A stretch of 64,000 bases of DNA from Dimorphilus gyrociliatus (lineage: Eukaryota > Animalia > Annelida). The translations under genes were made by a program, and so were the position numbers. The first letter of the stretch is position 1. Every line of letters begins with the position of its first letter. This document shows, one piece after another, positions 1 to 11,977 of this stretch. A model generated the notes under the pieces. The model was not told the DNA's origin. It worked only from the letters and a program-made list of their open reading frames with translations, and searched no databases. The stretch covers positions 4,356,408 through 4,420,407 of the forward strand of contig CAJFCJ010000006.1 of NCBI GenBank assembly GCA_904063045.1, given 5' to 3'.

Positions 1-604
1 AACCGAAGGTTGAGGACAACAACAGCGTCGAAGTGGCTGTAATATTATTCTATTAATCTCTGTTAACATTAAAATCTAACAAGGTTTACTTGTAATGTAT
101 TGGCGCTTGGTTTCATGGGCGAATGGTTGAAGTAAGGGTTTTGATTGAAATTTCCAGAATTTCTCAAAATAGCTCTCATTCCTGCCTCGAAGCAAGGACA
201 AATATTATTATAAGATTTTTTCTTGTGTTTTTTCTTCTGCTGTATTTTATGCTTGATAGAATTGTCAGAAGACAAACTGGATGTTTGACAACACTGGCAT
301 CGACCCTCGCGTCGCTTTTTATTACCTATCAAGTTTGATTTAAAGTTTAAACTCTTGTAAAGCTTTAGATATAAAAACTTTTCTAATAAACAATCTTACC
401 TCTACTTTGATGGTGCTTGGCGCGATCATCTCTTTTCTGTTTATACTTTTTTTTTTTATAACCTTTTCTTATATCGTCAAAAACAAAACCACTAGAAGTA
501 GATACTTCAATTTCGGCCCTTCTAGTTTCAATATCTTGATCATTAGTGACATAAGATTCGCTAAAGTCAATTTCACTATCACCTAAATCATTTGAATTTG
601 ACAT
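1..604 (-). CDS. Unidentified spliced gene, 5' part (runs off left edge); basic/Cys-containing N-terminus
   Basis: ORF 383..604 ends at donor GTAAGA (~400) and joins in frame via TAG acceptor (~331) to ORF 69..332 (GNKKRREGRCQCC...); further donor ~88 and acceptor ~37. No family recognised. Confidence 0.45.
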
Positions 605-856
605 GAAGCTTTTTAGACTTAAATAATTTCAACTAAAAACAAATTCTTATTTCTATTAGATTTGTTTAAATTTTAAATATTTATTTGACAATGTGTCTAT
701 ATTTATAAACTTTTTTTCTTTCTTAATTTAAACCATTTTGTCAACAACTTAAAATCAAAACCAATTAGTAGGTTACTCCTCAAAATATAAGAACACAGAA
801 GTAATATTATTTTGACATTTTTCATACAGTATTTATATTGATTTGTTAAAAATGCT

Positions 857-1951
857 TTAACTTTTATTCTGTTTCTCATTTTCTAATCTTTCTTCAAACT
901 TTGAAAATTCTGATTTATTTATTTCGTCAACTTCATCTTCAATCTGTTCTACCCCAACAACTTCGGGTATGTAAAACTGCAGCATATTTTGTACGCCACT
1001 TTTCAATGTAACCGTTGAACTTGGGCAACTAACACATGAACCTTGCATTTTTAATTTTACTATTCCGTCTTCGAATGCCTATATTTAAATATTCAATACT
1101 TAAAACCGTTTATATTATTTATATTTTTAATTTTCTATTACTTACAACGTATTGTATATCTCCACCATCTTCTTGAACTGTCGGACGTATCCTTGTATCA
1201 AGTAGTTCTTTAATCATAGCTACAGTTTCATCGTCTTCCGGATGTACCTCAGTATCACTAGGAGCTTTCTCTCCGGTATATATTGGTAATCCTGATGCAA
1301 AAAAGTCCATAACAATTGCATATACTTCCGGTTTGACAATTTGCCAATCAATATCTTCTTCTTTTGTTATTGTTATAAAATCATTTCCAAAGAAAACAGC
1401 TTTTACTCCATCTATCCGAAAAAGCAATCTGAAATGATATCAAAGAAAATTGACACTTGAAGTAAAAATCCTACGTTGACATACTTGGCCAGAGGTGAAG
1501 AATGAGCTTCTCTAACATTTGGGAAATCCATTGTTCCCGAGTCTAAAACATCACATCCTGGTAAAAACTTTAAACTATTCGGATTTGGGGTTTCTTGAGT
1601 TTGAATAAACATATATCTTTCTAAAATAAAGAAGTGTTAAACTCTTCGATAAAAATTACATTTCTAGTAAATACTCTGGGAAAAGTTTATTGGTGTCGCC
1701 TTTTTAAAATGATATCCTCGAGCAGATAAAGTCATAATTTGACGAGCTGATGTTTTAGTTCGAATAGATCTATACAAAAAAATTTAAAAAAGTTTGGTTA
1801 TAAGTATTGATGAGATCAGTTAAAATCGTTCTAGGTTTCTCAAGAGTCCCATAATATATAGGAATTTTTTAGAAACTCACTTGAATAGCAGATCACAGAG
1901 AAATCTGGAGGTAACTCTGGTGACTCCTATAACTTGCCTGTAAGCAGCCAT
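857..1951 (-). CDS. NFU1: NFU1 iron-sulfur cluster scaffold, mitochondrial (multi-exon)
   Basis: [37 protein letters not shown] and CxxC motif [28 protein letters not shown] across ORFs 1412..1612, 1119..1427, 857..1048; presequence-like first exon [13 protein letters not shown] from ATG 1951 with GTGAGT donor at 1880. Confidence 0.95.
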
Positions 1952-2378
1952 CTTGATAATAATTGTAAACCTATTTTCGTATTTTTACAAGAACATTTTT
2001 TTGGCGATTTCTGATAAAGCATTGTAAATAATAATATGTTTTATAAATTTATACCGTAAGCTAAATTATTATATCAATCCCGCAGAATATATTTAAGCCT
2101 AATGCGCTACGGAAGTTTGCAAGTGAACTTTTCAATCGATTAACAGAACTTTAATCGATTAATAACTTTTTGGAAGTAGCTTTTTATAATATAATCATAA
2201 AGACACAGAGTTTTAACGAAATATTTGAATATCTAATGTGAAGGTCTTCCGATAATTTTATTATAATTTCTGTCTGTAAAGCTATTTTATTATATGTATT
2301 TTTAAGAAATGTACAGGTTAGAAAACATTATTATAACATTGCGCCTATAATGTACAAATTTGTAAAAATATTAAGTAT

Positions 2379-3314
2379 TTATATCTCTTTTTCATCTAGT
2401 TCAATCATTTCAACATTCTCTTTTTTATTCTCTTCCCCCAGCGTAAATCTCTGAACAACAGGCTCCTCGTTACAACTTTTCTCCGAAGCTATTCTTAAAA
2501 TACCATTATTATCCAAAAAGGAATGCAAATCATCTTCATGAACATCTTTAGGAATGGGAAAAGTTTTCCGTATTCTTCTTTCGCATCTTGCTCCATCTTC
2601 TTCTTTTACAGAAAGCCCGGCTACTTCAACTGTTCCATTTATTAGCTTAACACTTAATTCAGAGGGATCGTATCCTGAGACATCTACTTCTTGTTTAAAG
2701 ATAGACTTATTTTCTATTGTTTTCAATTCGTTACCTCGTTCATTCTCATCATTTTTTAATTCCATTGTTGCTTTGGTATTCTCATAAGATTTAATTTTCT
2801 TCAACTCTTTTTGTTTATCCTCAGTTATTGAGAGAACTCCGCTATCATTGAATGATATCTTCACATCTTCTTTTGAAACATTTTTAGGTAAAGTAAAGCG
2901 ATGATACATCTGCTTCGTGCTAAAGTGTCCTTCTTTTTCTTGACAAGAAGAGCTAGAAACCTCTACGGCTCCATTAGCCATCTTGACTTCAACTTCTTCG
3001 GGATCGTAATCTTTCAGGTCCAGACTTTGAGAGAAAGTTCTAGCATTTCCTCTTTTTTTTGTTTTGTTCCATTTCAGTTGTTTTCTCCTATTCAAATCAT
3101 TGTAACTAATTTCATCATCTTCCGAGTCAAATTCAATGTAGAGGGGGGAATAAAAAGCCTTTCTTTTCTTATTCCAACCTCTCCTAGAAGTAGGAGATCG
3201 TCCAAAAGATGATCTAAGCAGCCTTGGTGAATCTTCGTTGTAGAACGGATAAGTAGTAAAAAAATCGTCGAATCCTGTATTAAATTCTACAAGTTGTTTG
3301 AAATAACTATCCAT
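2379..3314 (-). CDS. Small heat-shock protein with two alpha-crystallin domains (p40/Tsp36-like), intronless
   Basis: Two ACD copies: FSQSLDLKDYDPEEVEVK...FTLPKNV...NDSGVLSIT and FKQEVDVSGYDPSELSVK...FPIPKDV...DNNGILRIA. Confidence 0.92.
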   Translation of the reverse strand: MDSYFKQLVEFNTGFDDFFTTYPFYNEDSPRLLRSSFGRSPTSRRGWNKKRKAFYSPLYIEFDSEDDEISYNDLNRRKQLKWNKTKKRGNARTFSQSLDLKDYDPEEVEVKMANGAVEVSSSSCQEKEGHFSTKQMYHRFTLPKNVSKEDVKISFNDSGVLSITEDKQKELKKIKSYENTKATMELKNDENERGNELKTIENKSIFKQEVDVSGYDPSELSVKLINGTVEVAGLSVKEEDGARCERRIRKTFPIPKDVHEDDLHSFLDNNGILRIASEKSCNEEPVVQRFTLGEENKKENVEMIELDEKEI

Positions 3315-3435
3315 ATTGATTGCGACGAATTTCGTGTTATAGTCGATCTATTCGAAGTCTGAGCTTTTCCATTGTATATATCTGATATATATATACTGTA
3401 TATATGTTAATTTTGGGGAAGGTTTAAACTGCCTA

Positions 3436-3464
3436 GAATTTTCTATCTTTTTCCAGAAACTTCT
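3436..3464. promoter_or_regulatory. Heat-shock element array upstream of the sHSP gene
   Basis: In-phase nGAAn pentamers: GAA 3436, TTC 3441, gap, TTC 3451, GAA 3456, TTC 3461; ~120-150 bp upstream of the ATG, with a TATA-like AT run at ~3375-3405. Confidence 0.75.
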
Positions 3465-3934
3465 TCAAACAAAGATGGCGCCACAATCACATTAAAAAAA
3501 TATATTCTTTAAATGTTAATTACAACTTTAAGTATATTGATATTTTAGCCATAATATTCAATTAAAGCAATGTAATAATTCACTTTATATCTGGAGACTA
3601 AATTTCCTTGTCTTAAATAGATACGTTGTGTAGAGAGCATCAAAAATATTGGATAACTACAAAATTAAAAAAAAGATACCACTAATTAGTTTAGATAAAA
3701 TATAATGCATGATATTATTAATTAAAAAATTAATAAAAGATAGTGAAATAAGAGAAAAGTTAAATTTTATAATATAAATATGCTGCAAAAAAACATTTCC
3801 AATGTGGTGTAGTGTCTTCATTTTACGAATTGATTTTCGTTTCAAAATATTAAAAAGGTTCCTGGAATTTGAAATATCTGTGAAATTACTGATTATACAA
3901 GTTTATTTTCAATCAGAAGTTAAATTAAACAGCA

Positions 3935-4861
3935 ATGTCGACCCAAAGCAAACATGAAAAGAAAGGATTGATGGACTATCTTCCAACTTACAGGTATAAA
4001 AAAAAGCCTACGTGACAACTCCGACATTTAGCGCTCTTGAGCAAGTGTAAGGAAAGTATACAAGTATTCTACAGAATGCTCTATAATTCAATAGGTTTTC
4101 TCAACCGGCTCATCTTGCGGCAGCATCGTCTGCAATTGTTGCTATGTCGGTATATTACAACAGAAAAGGATCCGTTAGACTTGATTATCCTTCCACTGCC
4201 CTATCAGTCACTCACCTATTGACAACTGGAGGATGGTTTGGAACCCAAATCTGGGTAACATTCGTCGCGGGTATTGTCTAAACTGAAAATGATAATTATA
4301 AAAATTCTGAAAATATTTTCATTTTTAGGATTGACTATGTTCCATAATCTACCCAGGCATTTATTCGGCGATGTTCAATCAAGACTTTTCCCTAAGTATT
4401 TTTCTTTTGGAGTGTTGAGCAATGCAGTTTGCATATGCACATACTTCTTACATCATTCGATAAATAATCTGGAAACCAGAGGTTTTATCCAGGTGATTTT
4501 TAAATGTTCCTTTATATAAATTTAATAGCAATATACTGTATAATTAATATTTTTATTTAAGATTTCTGCCATGGGTTTATCGCTGCTATCAAACTGTGCA
4601 AATCTTCTTTACTTCCTACCCGCTACTCGTGAAGTGGCCCTGAGAAAAAATAAGATTGAGAAAGAATATGGATTAGATACGCACGTTGGACCTGTTTCAC
4701 AAACACAATTTGACGAGTTGTTTCAAAAAGAACCTGATTTTAAGAAGCATTATAAAACATTTATGAGATATCATGGCTATTCTGCCCTATTGAACATTGT
4801 TTCCTTGGTTGGAAGTGTTGTTCACTTATACTGTCTTGCTGGTAACTTAAGCAGCTTTTGA
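3935..4861 (+). CDS. TMEM205: Transmembrane protein 205-like (multi-exon)
   Basis: Spliced reading gives [38 protein letters not shown] and C-terminal FMRYHGYSALLNIVSL, characteristic of TMEM205. Confidence 0.88.
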
Positions 4862-5548
4862 ACAAGATTCGGGTGGAAATTACCTTAGTATTTACCTTTA
4901 CAGAGGAGTCTTAAGTTATCAACCTATAGATTTAAACAACGATTGTTCACAGTTTTACGAATTTTCTAATAGTTGTAGTGCATTCAGAGACTATGAAAAG
5001 CTTAACATTAATAAATATATTGTGAGTTTGTGAAAAAGAAACTATGTCTTTAGTTTTTTTTTGCTATAATTATCAAAATTTTCTTAGTTTCGGTTTTTTC
5101 AACTTTCATCTTTTATTCAAAACTTTAAGTTTTACAATCATTTCCAGGTCCTTACTCTATTAGCCATTTCTCCTTGAAGTTGAGGACTCTCTTGACTTTT
5201 CACAATCGTAAAACAGACGATAGGTAAGAGAAAGAGAGCCCATTCTTTCAGAATGAATCGGGAAAGAAGTAATAATATAAGCCAGTGATGACATAGGCTA
5301 TAAAGATTTATAGGAAAAATATGAAGTCAAAATGTTTTTAATAGTGATGATTGGCTACATTTAGTTATTTTTTGAAAATTTTTTTTCTTTCCCTTTTCAG
5401 TTGCGTTTTAAGGTCTTTAACTTTGATAAGTTATATAATATGAGATAGACAAATACATTTTTGATGAAAACTGAGTGTATTGTGTTTTCTTAGTTCCTAC
5501 TGACATTTCGCTCTTTCTCATAACAAAATTTTAACAATAGTCATTCAA

Positions 5549-6742
5549 CTAGGCCTCTAGTAGACCTGGACGGTTGCCCTTTCTATTATTTCTTTCACCA
5601 GGAAACGAGCTTCGCTCTCTAGACTTGTAACCATCATGCAGTTTTCTCCTCCTTATAACAGGTCTCATTAAATAATCTTCATAGCTAGAGGAGGAAATAT
5701 GGTCTCCTTGTTCAAGCATTGAATTGATTAAAGTAAACTGCATATTTAAATTGACATCGTTCTTTTCTTCTAAACCACTTTTCAAACTATTTATAATTGA
5801 TTCAAACACTTTTCCATTCTTTCTATAAGATTCGGGTAAGTCCTCCATCAGAATACACGATTTAATCGAGGCTAAGCAATCTTCAAACCTGCCTAGTTCA
5901 ATGTTAACTTTTAGTTTCGTATTAACGTATGCAAGTGGCGTTCTTCGACCCTCATTAACAATTTGCATTGATAAAATTTCTAATGCAGTTTCTGGCGAAC
6001 CTTGCAAAAGAGCTAGCTCGGCTGCATAAACCAATGATCTTATAGAAACTGATGATCCCAATTTTTTAGACTCTCGCAATATGGATAATAAAACTTTGAA
6101 AGCTTGGGGTGTGTTTAATTTCAAACAAGCAGCTGCAGCTATTGTCACACAATCCATAGGATATTTAACTCCATTTAAATTCTTATCTGCTATTATTTGC
6201 AGTGCCTTTAGACAATCTTCATAAAGTTTACTATTGAATAGCAAATCCATAAGAATTACAAAGCTAGACATTTGATCGAAGAAACCATTCAAATTTTTAT
6301 CATTAAACAATTCCCAAGCAAATTGTGGATTATTTAGTACGTGAGCTAATCTCATTACAATTGGCCCAAAATGAAAAGTGCTAAATCTTAATTCTTCCGA
6401 TTGTTTATGATATTTATTAATCATTATTTTCGTCAATTCTAAGTCATCTACTCCTTTTGCTGCATATACTATTGTTTTTAGGTCATCAGTGAAGATAGTT
6501 TGTTCATTTTCAGACTTTAGATACTCTCGCATTCTGTCCCCAAATTTGGTTTGAAGGTCTCCAAGACGATGTAGCGTTTGGTCTCTATGGCGCAAATAAT
6601 TTTCCAATCCAAGTATTTCACCAGAAAATAGATAACGTTTGCTTGAATTGCTAACAAAATTTGTGTTCAAACTAGCATTAAGAAGACTAAATTTGCTTGC
6701 CGCAGACCGCAAAAAATTCACGTGCTTCATAGCGGTGGCCAT
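5549..6742 (-). CDS. PTCD2: Pentatricopeptide repeat-containing protein 2, mitochondrial (intronless)
   Basis: IFTDDLKTIVYAA, RFSTFHFGPIVMRL, GFFDQMSSFVILMDLLF match PTCD2; first ATG (MATAMK) at 6742. Confidence 0.85.
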   Translation of the reverse strand: MATAMKHVNFLRSAASKFSLLNASLNTNFVSNSSKRYLFSGEILGLENYLRHRDQTLHRLGDLQTKFGDRMREYLKSENEQTIFTDDLKTIVYAAKGVDDLELTKIMINKYHKQSEELRFSTFHFGPIVMRLAHVLNNPQFAWELFNDKNLNGFFDQMSSFVILMDLLFNSKLYEDCLKALQIIADKNLNGVKYPMDCVTIAAAACLKLNTPQAFKVLLSILRESKKLGSSVSIRSLVYAAELALLQGSPETALEILSMQIVNEGRRTPLAYVNTKLKVNIELGRFEDCLASIKSCILMEDLPESYRKNGKVFESIINSLKSGLEEKNDVNLNMQFTLINSMLEQGDHISSSSYEDYLMRPVIRRRKLHDGYKSRERSSFPGERNNRKGNRPGLLEA

Positions 6743-7159
6743 TTTAAACGAAATAGTCCAGCGCTTCAAGGAGAGTTTGAAAATTCAAATTTTCGTTACT
6801 TTTATATTTACGAAAGAAGAAAAATTCCCAAGTTGGATAAATTTCAACAAATAAATGATTGAATTAATGTTATATATATATATACTAATGTATGATTTTT
6901 ATTTTAATATATCTTTTCTCAGTTTTAAAATATATTTCTTGCTAGGACGCTTATATTTATCCTTAGAATAAATAAACCGGTAGAGTAAGCCTGAGCGATA
7001 ATTTTACCATATGACTGGGTAAATGACTGGTTCCTGATTCGACTACCCTTCGTGATATATCTGATTTTTTTTTACAGGACAAAGTTATTAAAACCAAATA
7101 GGTTCGAAGGTCAAAATATTATGCCACACATTATAATCTATGTTTAATATTCTAAAGGT

Positions 7160-8293
7160 ATGCGATTACAAAACATCATGTCATCAGCATTAAAATCTTG
7201 GAGAGAAGCCGCAACAATAATTCTTGTCTCGTCGAAACCTACAGTACAGTCAAGAATTGGATTGAAAGAGTGCTTTAAGAATGAAAAGGTAGTCCCTGGC
7301 TGGCCGAAGTCTAATGATTATGATTATAGGGTGCTAATGATGAAGAGAAGCCTAAAAAGTGGATTTTTTCCAAGTGCTTACGTCTTTCCTGGTGGAATAT
7401 CAGATAAAGGCGACTTCAACTTAGAGTGGTCGAGTTTCCTCTCCTCGACAAATAATCTTGAACATCTGGAAATAGCAAATGGCGTTAGACCGCCAATGTT
7501 TACGGACTTTGATAACAATAGGCTTTCGCCTGTGATTGGATTTAGAATTACAGCTATTAGAGAACTGTTTGAAGAATGTGGTATTCTGATTTGTAGGAAG
7601 TTAACAGAAGAAAGTCTTTCAACTGATGAATTAGAGGATTTTAGGAAAGAAGTCAATGAGAGTCCATCTTCCTTTTTGAAACTATGCAAAAAATATTCCG
7701 TTGTTCCCGACGTTGATTGCTTAAGCGAATGGAGTAATTGGCTAACACCTAATCACCTTGAAGACCCTGGTGTTAAAAACAGAAGATATGATACCGCATT
7801 TTATCTTGCAGCTACAGATGAATATTTAATATCAAAGGGAAGCGATAAAAGGGAAGTAGAACTTTGCCAATGGGTAACTCCAACATCAGTAAATGAAGAA
7901 TTCGAAAAGTGCGAGCTATTTCTACCTCCACCCCAAATTTATGAACTTTCAAGATTAGCAAATTTTACAAAGTTTAAAAATCTTAGAGAATTTGCAATTG
8001 ATAGGCAGCAGCATGGTACAGAGAGATGGATGCCTGTTAGAATTTCTACTGCTGATGGCATTACAGCTTGCCTTCCTGGAGATACTTTTTATCCTAAAAT
8101 TGAAGACTTGGACTTGTATGGACAAGTGCCACCTTTGGAAGTGAAAGAAACCATGGAAGAAAATGACAGATTAAGTAAAGATCATTTAAACAGGTTTAGT
8201 ATGGGAAAAACACCAATTACTGTGATTAAATGTAATGTTGCAAACTTGGGATTTCCACTGCCTAAGCCCAGAGTGCAGAAATCTTCTCTGTAA
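7160..8293 (+). CDS. NUDT19: Nudix hydrolase 19-like acyl-CoA diphosphatase (intronless)
   Basis: WREAATIIL, VLMMKRS, YVFPGG, split Nudix box AIRELFEECGIL, WSNWLTP, RRYDTAFYLA. Confidence 0.9.
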   Translation: MRLQNIMSSALKSWREAATIILVSSKPTVQSRIGLKECFKNEKVVPGWPKSNDYDYRVLMMKRSLKSGFFPSAYVFPGGISDKGDFNLEWSSFLSSTNNLEHLEIANGVRPPMFTDFDNNRLSPVIGFRITAIRELFEECGILICRKLTEESLSTDELEDFRKEVNESPSSFLKLCKKYSVVPDVDCLSEWSNWLTPNHLEDPGVKNRRYDTAFYLAATDEYLISKGSDKREVELCQWVTPTSVNEEFEKCELFLPPPQIYELSRLANFTKFKNLREFAIDRQQHGTERWMPVRISTADGITACLPGDTFYPKIEDLDLYGQVPPLEVKETMEENDRLSKDHLNRFSMGKTPITVIKCNVANLGFPLPKPRVQKSSL

Positions 8294-8612
8294 ATAGATA
8301 TTTTTTAACGTGATAAAACTCAATTTGAATATTTTAAAGTTAACTCGACAAAGAGAATTCTATTTTTTAAGTACTGTACCAAATGATTGCCATCGTTAAG
8401 GAGATACGGAAAAAGCTATTAGACATTCTAGATGAATGATATATATTTTCTTGTTAATATCGATAGTGTTTTGATGAAAAAAATTTCATTATAACATATT
8501 TTGTGGCGAGCAGAATAAAGAACAAAATTTTACAGAGATACCTAATTCATTCTAAATATTTAGAACTCCTGTATGGCATAAACAAAACAGAAAAATACTG
8601 GATCAAGTATAG

Positions 8613-10771
8613 TTAATCAAGTTTTTTCGGAGGATTCGTATATCCAAAACCTGTAGATCCGTCTCCTGTTCTTTCCATTCGTCTTTTAATCATTTCTGGA
8701 CTAATTTTTTTCATTCCGTATGCCTGTCCAATCCAAGCGCAAAAGTCAATAAACGCTGTTGTACAATTTCTTCCCCAACCAAATTCCGATGCAGAATAAT
8801 CTTGGGGAAATGTGTGATGGTAATTATGATAACCTTCTCCCAAAGCAGCTACAGCAACACTTAGAGTTTCGACTGGGCTAATTTCGCGATCATAGGGCTT
8901 GTTACCAAACATATGAGCAACCGAATTAACTGCCCAAGTTGCATTCAACACAAGAGTATAACGAAGAATTCCAACGGTGAAGAATGCTGTCCACCAAGAT
9001 TCACCCCAAAAGTACCAAGCAACAAGAGATGGAAAGAAGAAACAGGTAAAAATCATGGCTGGAAGGTATACTCTGAAATAATCAAAAATAAACATAAATA
9101 AAATAAAATTATTCGAAGGCAAATAGTGAGCATATATTATATCAATAGATTACCTAGAACTTGTAAGCCTATATATAGATTATAAAAGTTAAGCTTTATT
9201 TTTGTACTTCACGTAATCATTGAGTTATTACAACGAATCTTAATTTACGAAATATTGATTAGTAATAATTTTATAAAAGGTAATATATCGATATCCTACG
9301 GATAAGAATTAAATTGACTGTGTGAATTTTCTTAGAACTATTATAATTCATAAGTTTAAAATGCTTATTCAGTTGATTTACTAAAATTACTCACTTCCTT
9401 TGAAATACAAGGACAGGATCGGCTAGCAGATCATCAATATTAACTCTTTTTCCTTTAGCCCTAACCTCTGGATGCTTTCTGACCAATAGCCATCCAACAT
9501 GAGAAAAAAAGAAACCTCGGTTTGCGTTATGGGGATCAGCATCCGTTTCAGAATATTTGTGATGAACGCGGTGATCACGAGACCATTCAATGACATCATT
9601 TTGGAAGGCCATTGTATTCCATATTGCAAGAACAATTCTCAAAGGAAGTTTAGCTTTGTAAGATCTATGTGCCCATAATCTGTGAGCTCCTGCGGTTATT
9701 CCAAGACCGGACATACCATATGTGACGGCAACTGTAAAATATTCAATTCATCTTAAAAATTCTACCATATCTTACTGATATTGACATAAAATATAAATAT
9801 TGAGGGAGGAATACGATCATAGTTACGTCACGTTAGAACACCTGATAAGAGGTATTTTGAGATAAAATAGAAAGGGAATTGACAAATGATTGATTAAACT
9901 TGTGTTTATTTATAGATATAATGAGGGAAGCGGTATATACTAAATAAGATATAAGATCACTGAACCAACTTCACACTTAAACAAAAAAAATCGTTAAGCA
10001 TTCTAAATTTTAAAATAAAAGATCAACCTTTTTCGTAAAAGATTCTTTTGAAGAAAAGAAACCTACATTTTAACGAGTTACTTTGCGTCGAGTTAGTGAA
10101 CTTTTACTGTTTTATGATAAAGTGACCTTGGCTTTAGAAAATATTAAGTGTATTCTTTTTTAGTAGGTCAGACAACTTGTACAATGAATGTTATATAAAA
10201 AAATATCTTTTTGGGAATTTTTCCAAATAACTATAATAGCGAAAATATAGTTATTACATTATATACTCCTATAACTTTAATAAGTAATTAAATATATAAT
10301 AGCTTCCTCTGTTTTTATCTTTCCCTAAATTTCGCCAGGTAAGAAGATATGTGACTGACATTCAATATGGTGTTGGCATAAATATTAAACTAGTTTTGAA
10401 TAATATTTATTTAGATGGTTCTCTTACAGTTAAATAAAAAATAGAATTAGTCTATTTGAATTTATAATAATTCTTGTTCTAGATCTTGAATTCTGTTTTT
10501 GCAGACATTATCTAGTCTATTCTAACGTCTCATTAAGCCTATTAAAAAAATATAACTTACACCAAATCCAACTTTGCCATTTGCAGTAGTACATTAAATA
10601 AACTCCATAAAGGGCGGCTATATGCAAATATATCATCCAAATTACGTTTCGCCAAACAATTTTGGTTGGAGGTTGTTTAGCTGGTTGATTTTGTTCTATT
10701 ACAGCTTCCAATTCATCTTTCTGATCAGCTTCTGTCACGTAGACACATTTTTCCAAATTTCGGGGAGGCAT
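8613..10771 (-). CDS. SCD: Acyl-CoA delta-9 desaturase (3 coding exons plus a probable 5' non-coding exon ending ~11146)
   Basis: His boxes HRLWAH, HRVHH, HNYHH; GITAGAHRLW, NANRGFFFSHVGWLL, GEGYHNYHHTFPQDY; GT-AG junctions at ~10560, 9733/9396, ~9073. Confidence 0.97.
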
Positions 10772-11179
10772 TTTCTAACTATAAAGAGAAGACATTCAAG
10801 TTATAGTTGTTTCGAAATAATATACGTTAACATATAGATGATGAAATACTTCAGACATTCAACAAACTAATGTCTAAGTACATATTGTTACACGTAGTCA
10901 ATTTTTCTCTTTAATGTCGTTTTCTTTTTTTGTATTAAATATTACCATCGTTTTAATACCCTTACAGAAATATTACCTTATTAAAAGCGTCTTTTATACA
11001 GTCACAGATTATATAATTTATTAACACACGTGAGACGAATATGGTATCAAGAAGGGAATTGAAAATTCGACAGATTACAAGATTATAAGACAATAATTCT
11101 TAAAGATAACCCTTATCGCTATTAGAAAAATCTTTTTTTCTTACCTTGAATTAAAGATTCACTTCGGATCTTTTTGAAG

Positions 11180-11215
11180 GTGGCGTAATACAGATAAGTT
11201 TCGAAGTGGCGTGAT
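11180..11215 (-). promoter_or_regulatory. Tandem sterol-regulatory-element (SREBP)-like sites at the desaturase 5' end
   Basis: Minus strand ATCACGCCAC (11206-11215) and ATTACGCCAC (11180-11189), matching the RTCACSCCAY SREBP motif; AGGTCA half-site at ~11224. Confidence 0.55.
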
Positions 11216-11977
11216 GCCGCAAAAGGTCAAGTTCTAGACGCAGATTATATAGTTATACTTTTAAAAAATGGCAGCTTATTTATACTTTTGTAGCGCCGCC
11301 ATTTTAAAAATTAATTTTTCCTAAGAATTATCTGACTCTAAATGAAAGACAGTGTCTAGCACTTGGTGATTGGGTAACATTTCATGGCGCTATCTCAACG
11401 TAATATAAAATAAAATGAAAAGGCTGATCTGAATAAAAATAATTATCTATTTTTATAATTAAACATTCGTATTTTATAGAGCATTAATGTTACAACCAAT
11501 TTCTGTTGAAAACTACTGGGTCAAACACATTTAGTATATAATATATAACATTCTGCTTGAAACCGGTGGGAACCGGTAACCAAGTTGTTGTTTCTTTTTG
11601 TACGTACATCTCTCCAATGTCAACAGAAATGATTTTGAAATTGGTCAAGATTCGTAAGCCTTTTTAAACTATCAAATTTCATTATAGGGTATAGGCAAGA
11701 TAAATGGAATTGATTGCGTTTAAAACAATCTATGTTCACATTAACTTTAATAATTAAATCTCTTGAAAGTAGAGTCATCGAAATGAATTTATATTTCAAC
11801 AGAAGCTGCATATCTTTCGGCAGAAAGCAAATAGCCAATTCTATGCTTCATTCAAATTCGGTTGCATTTAATGGATTAAAATTACATTAAAGAATTGTCC
11901 ATGTTTAGGCTGCTCTAGAACAAATTCCTCAATTCTTACTTGATTATTTGATCCTCTGTTGAGAACTAAACGAACTA

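Noticed and set aside
5140-5480. Possible C/D snoRNA (two RTGATGA boxes at ~5285 and ~5344) or a signal-peptide-like minus-strand frame (WALFLLPIVCFTIV...)
   Set aside because: No suitably placed CTGA D box or terminal stem; the frame lacks an ATG and a convincing upstream exon.
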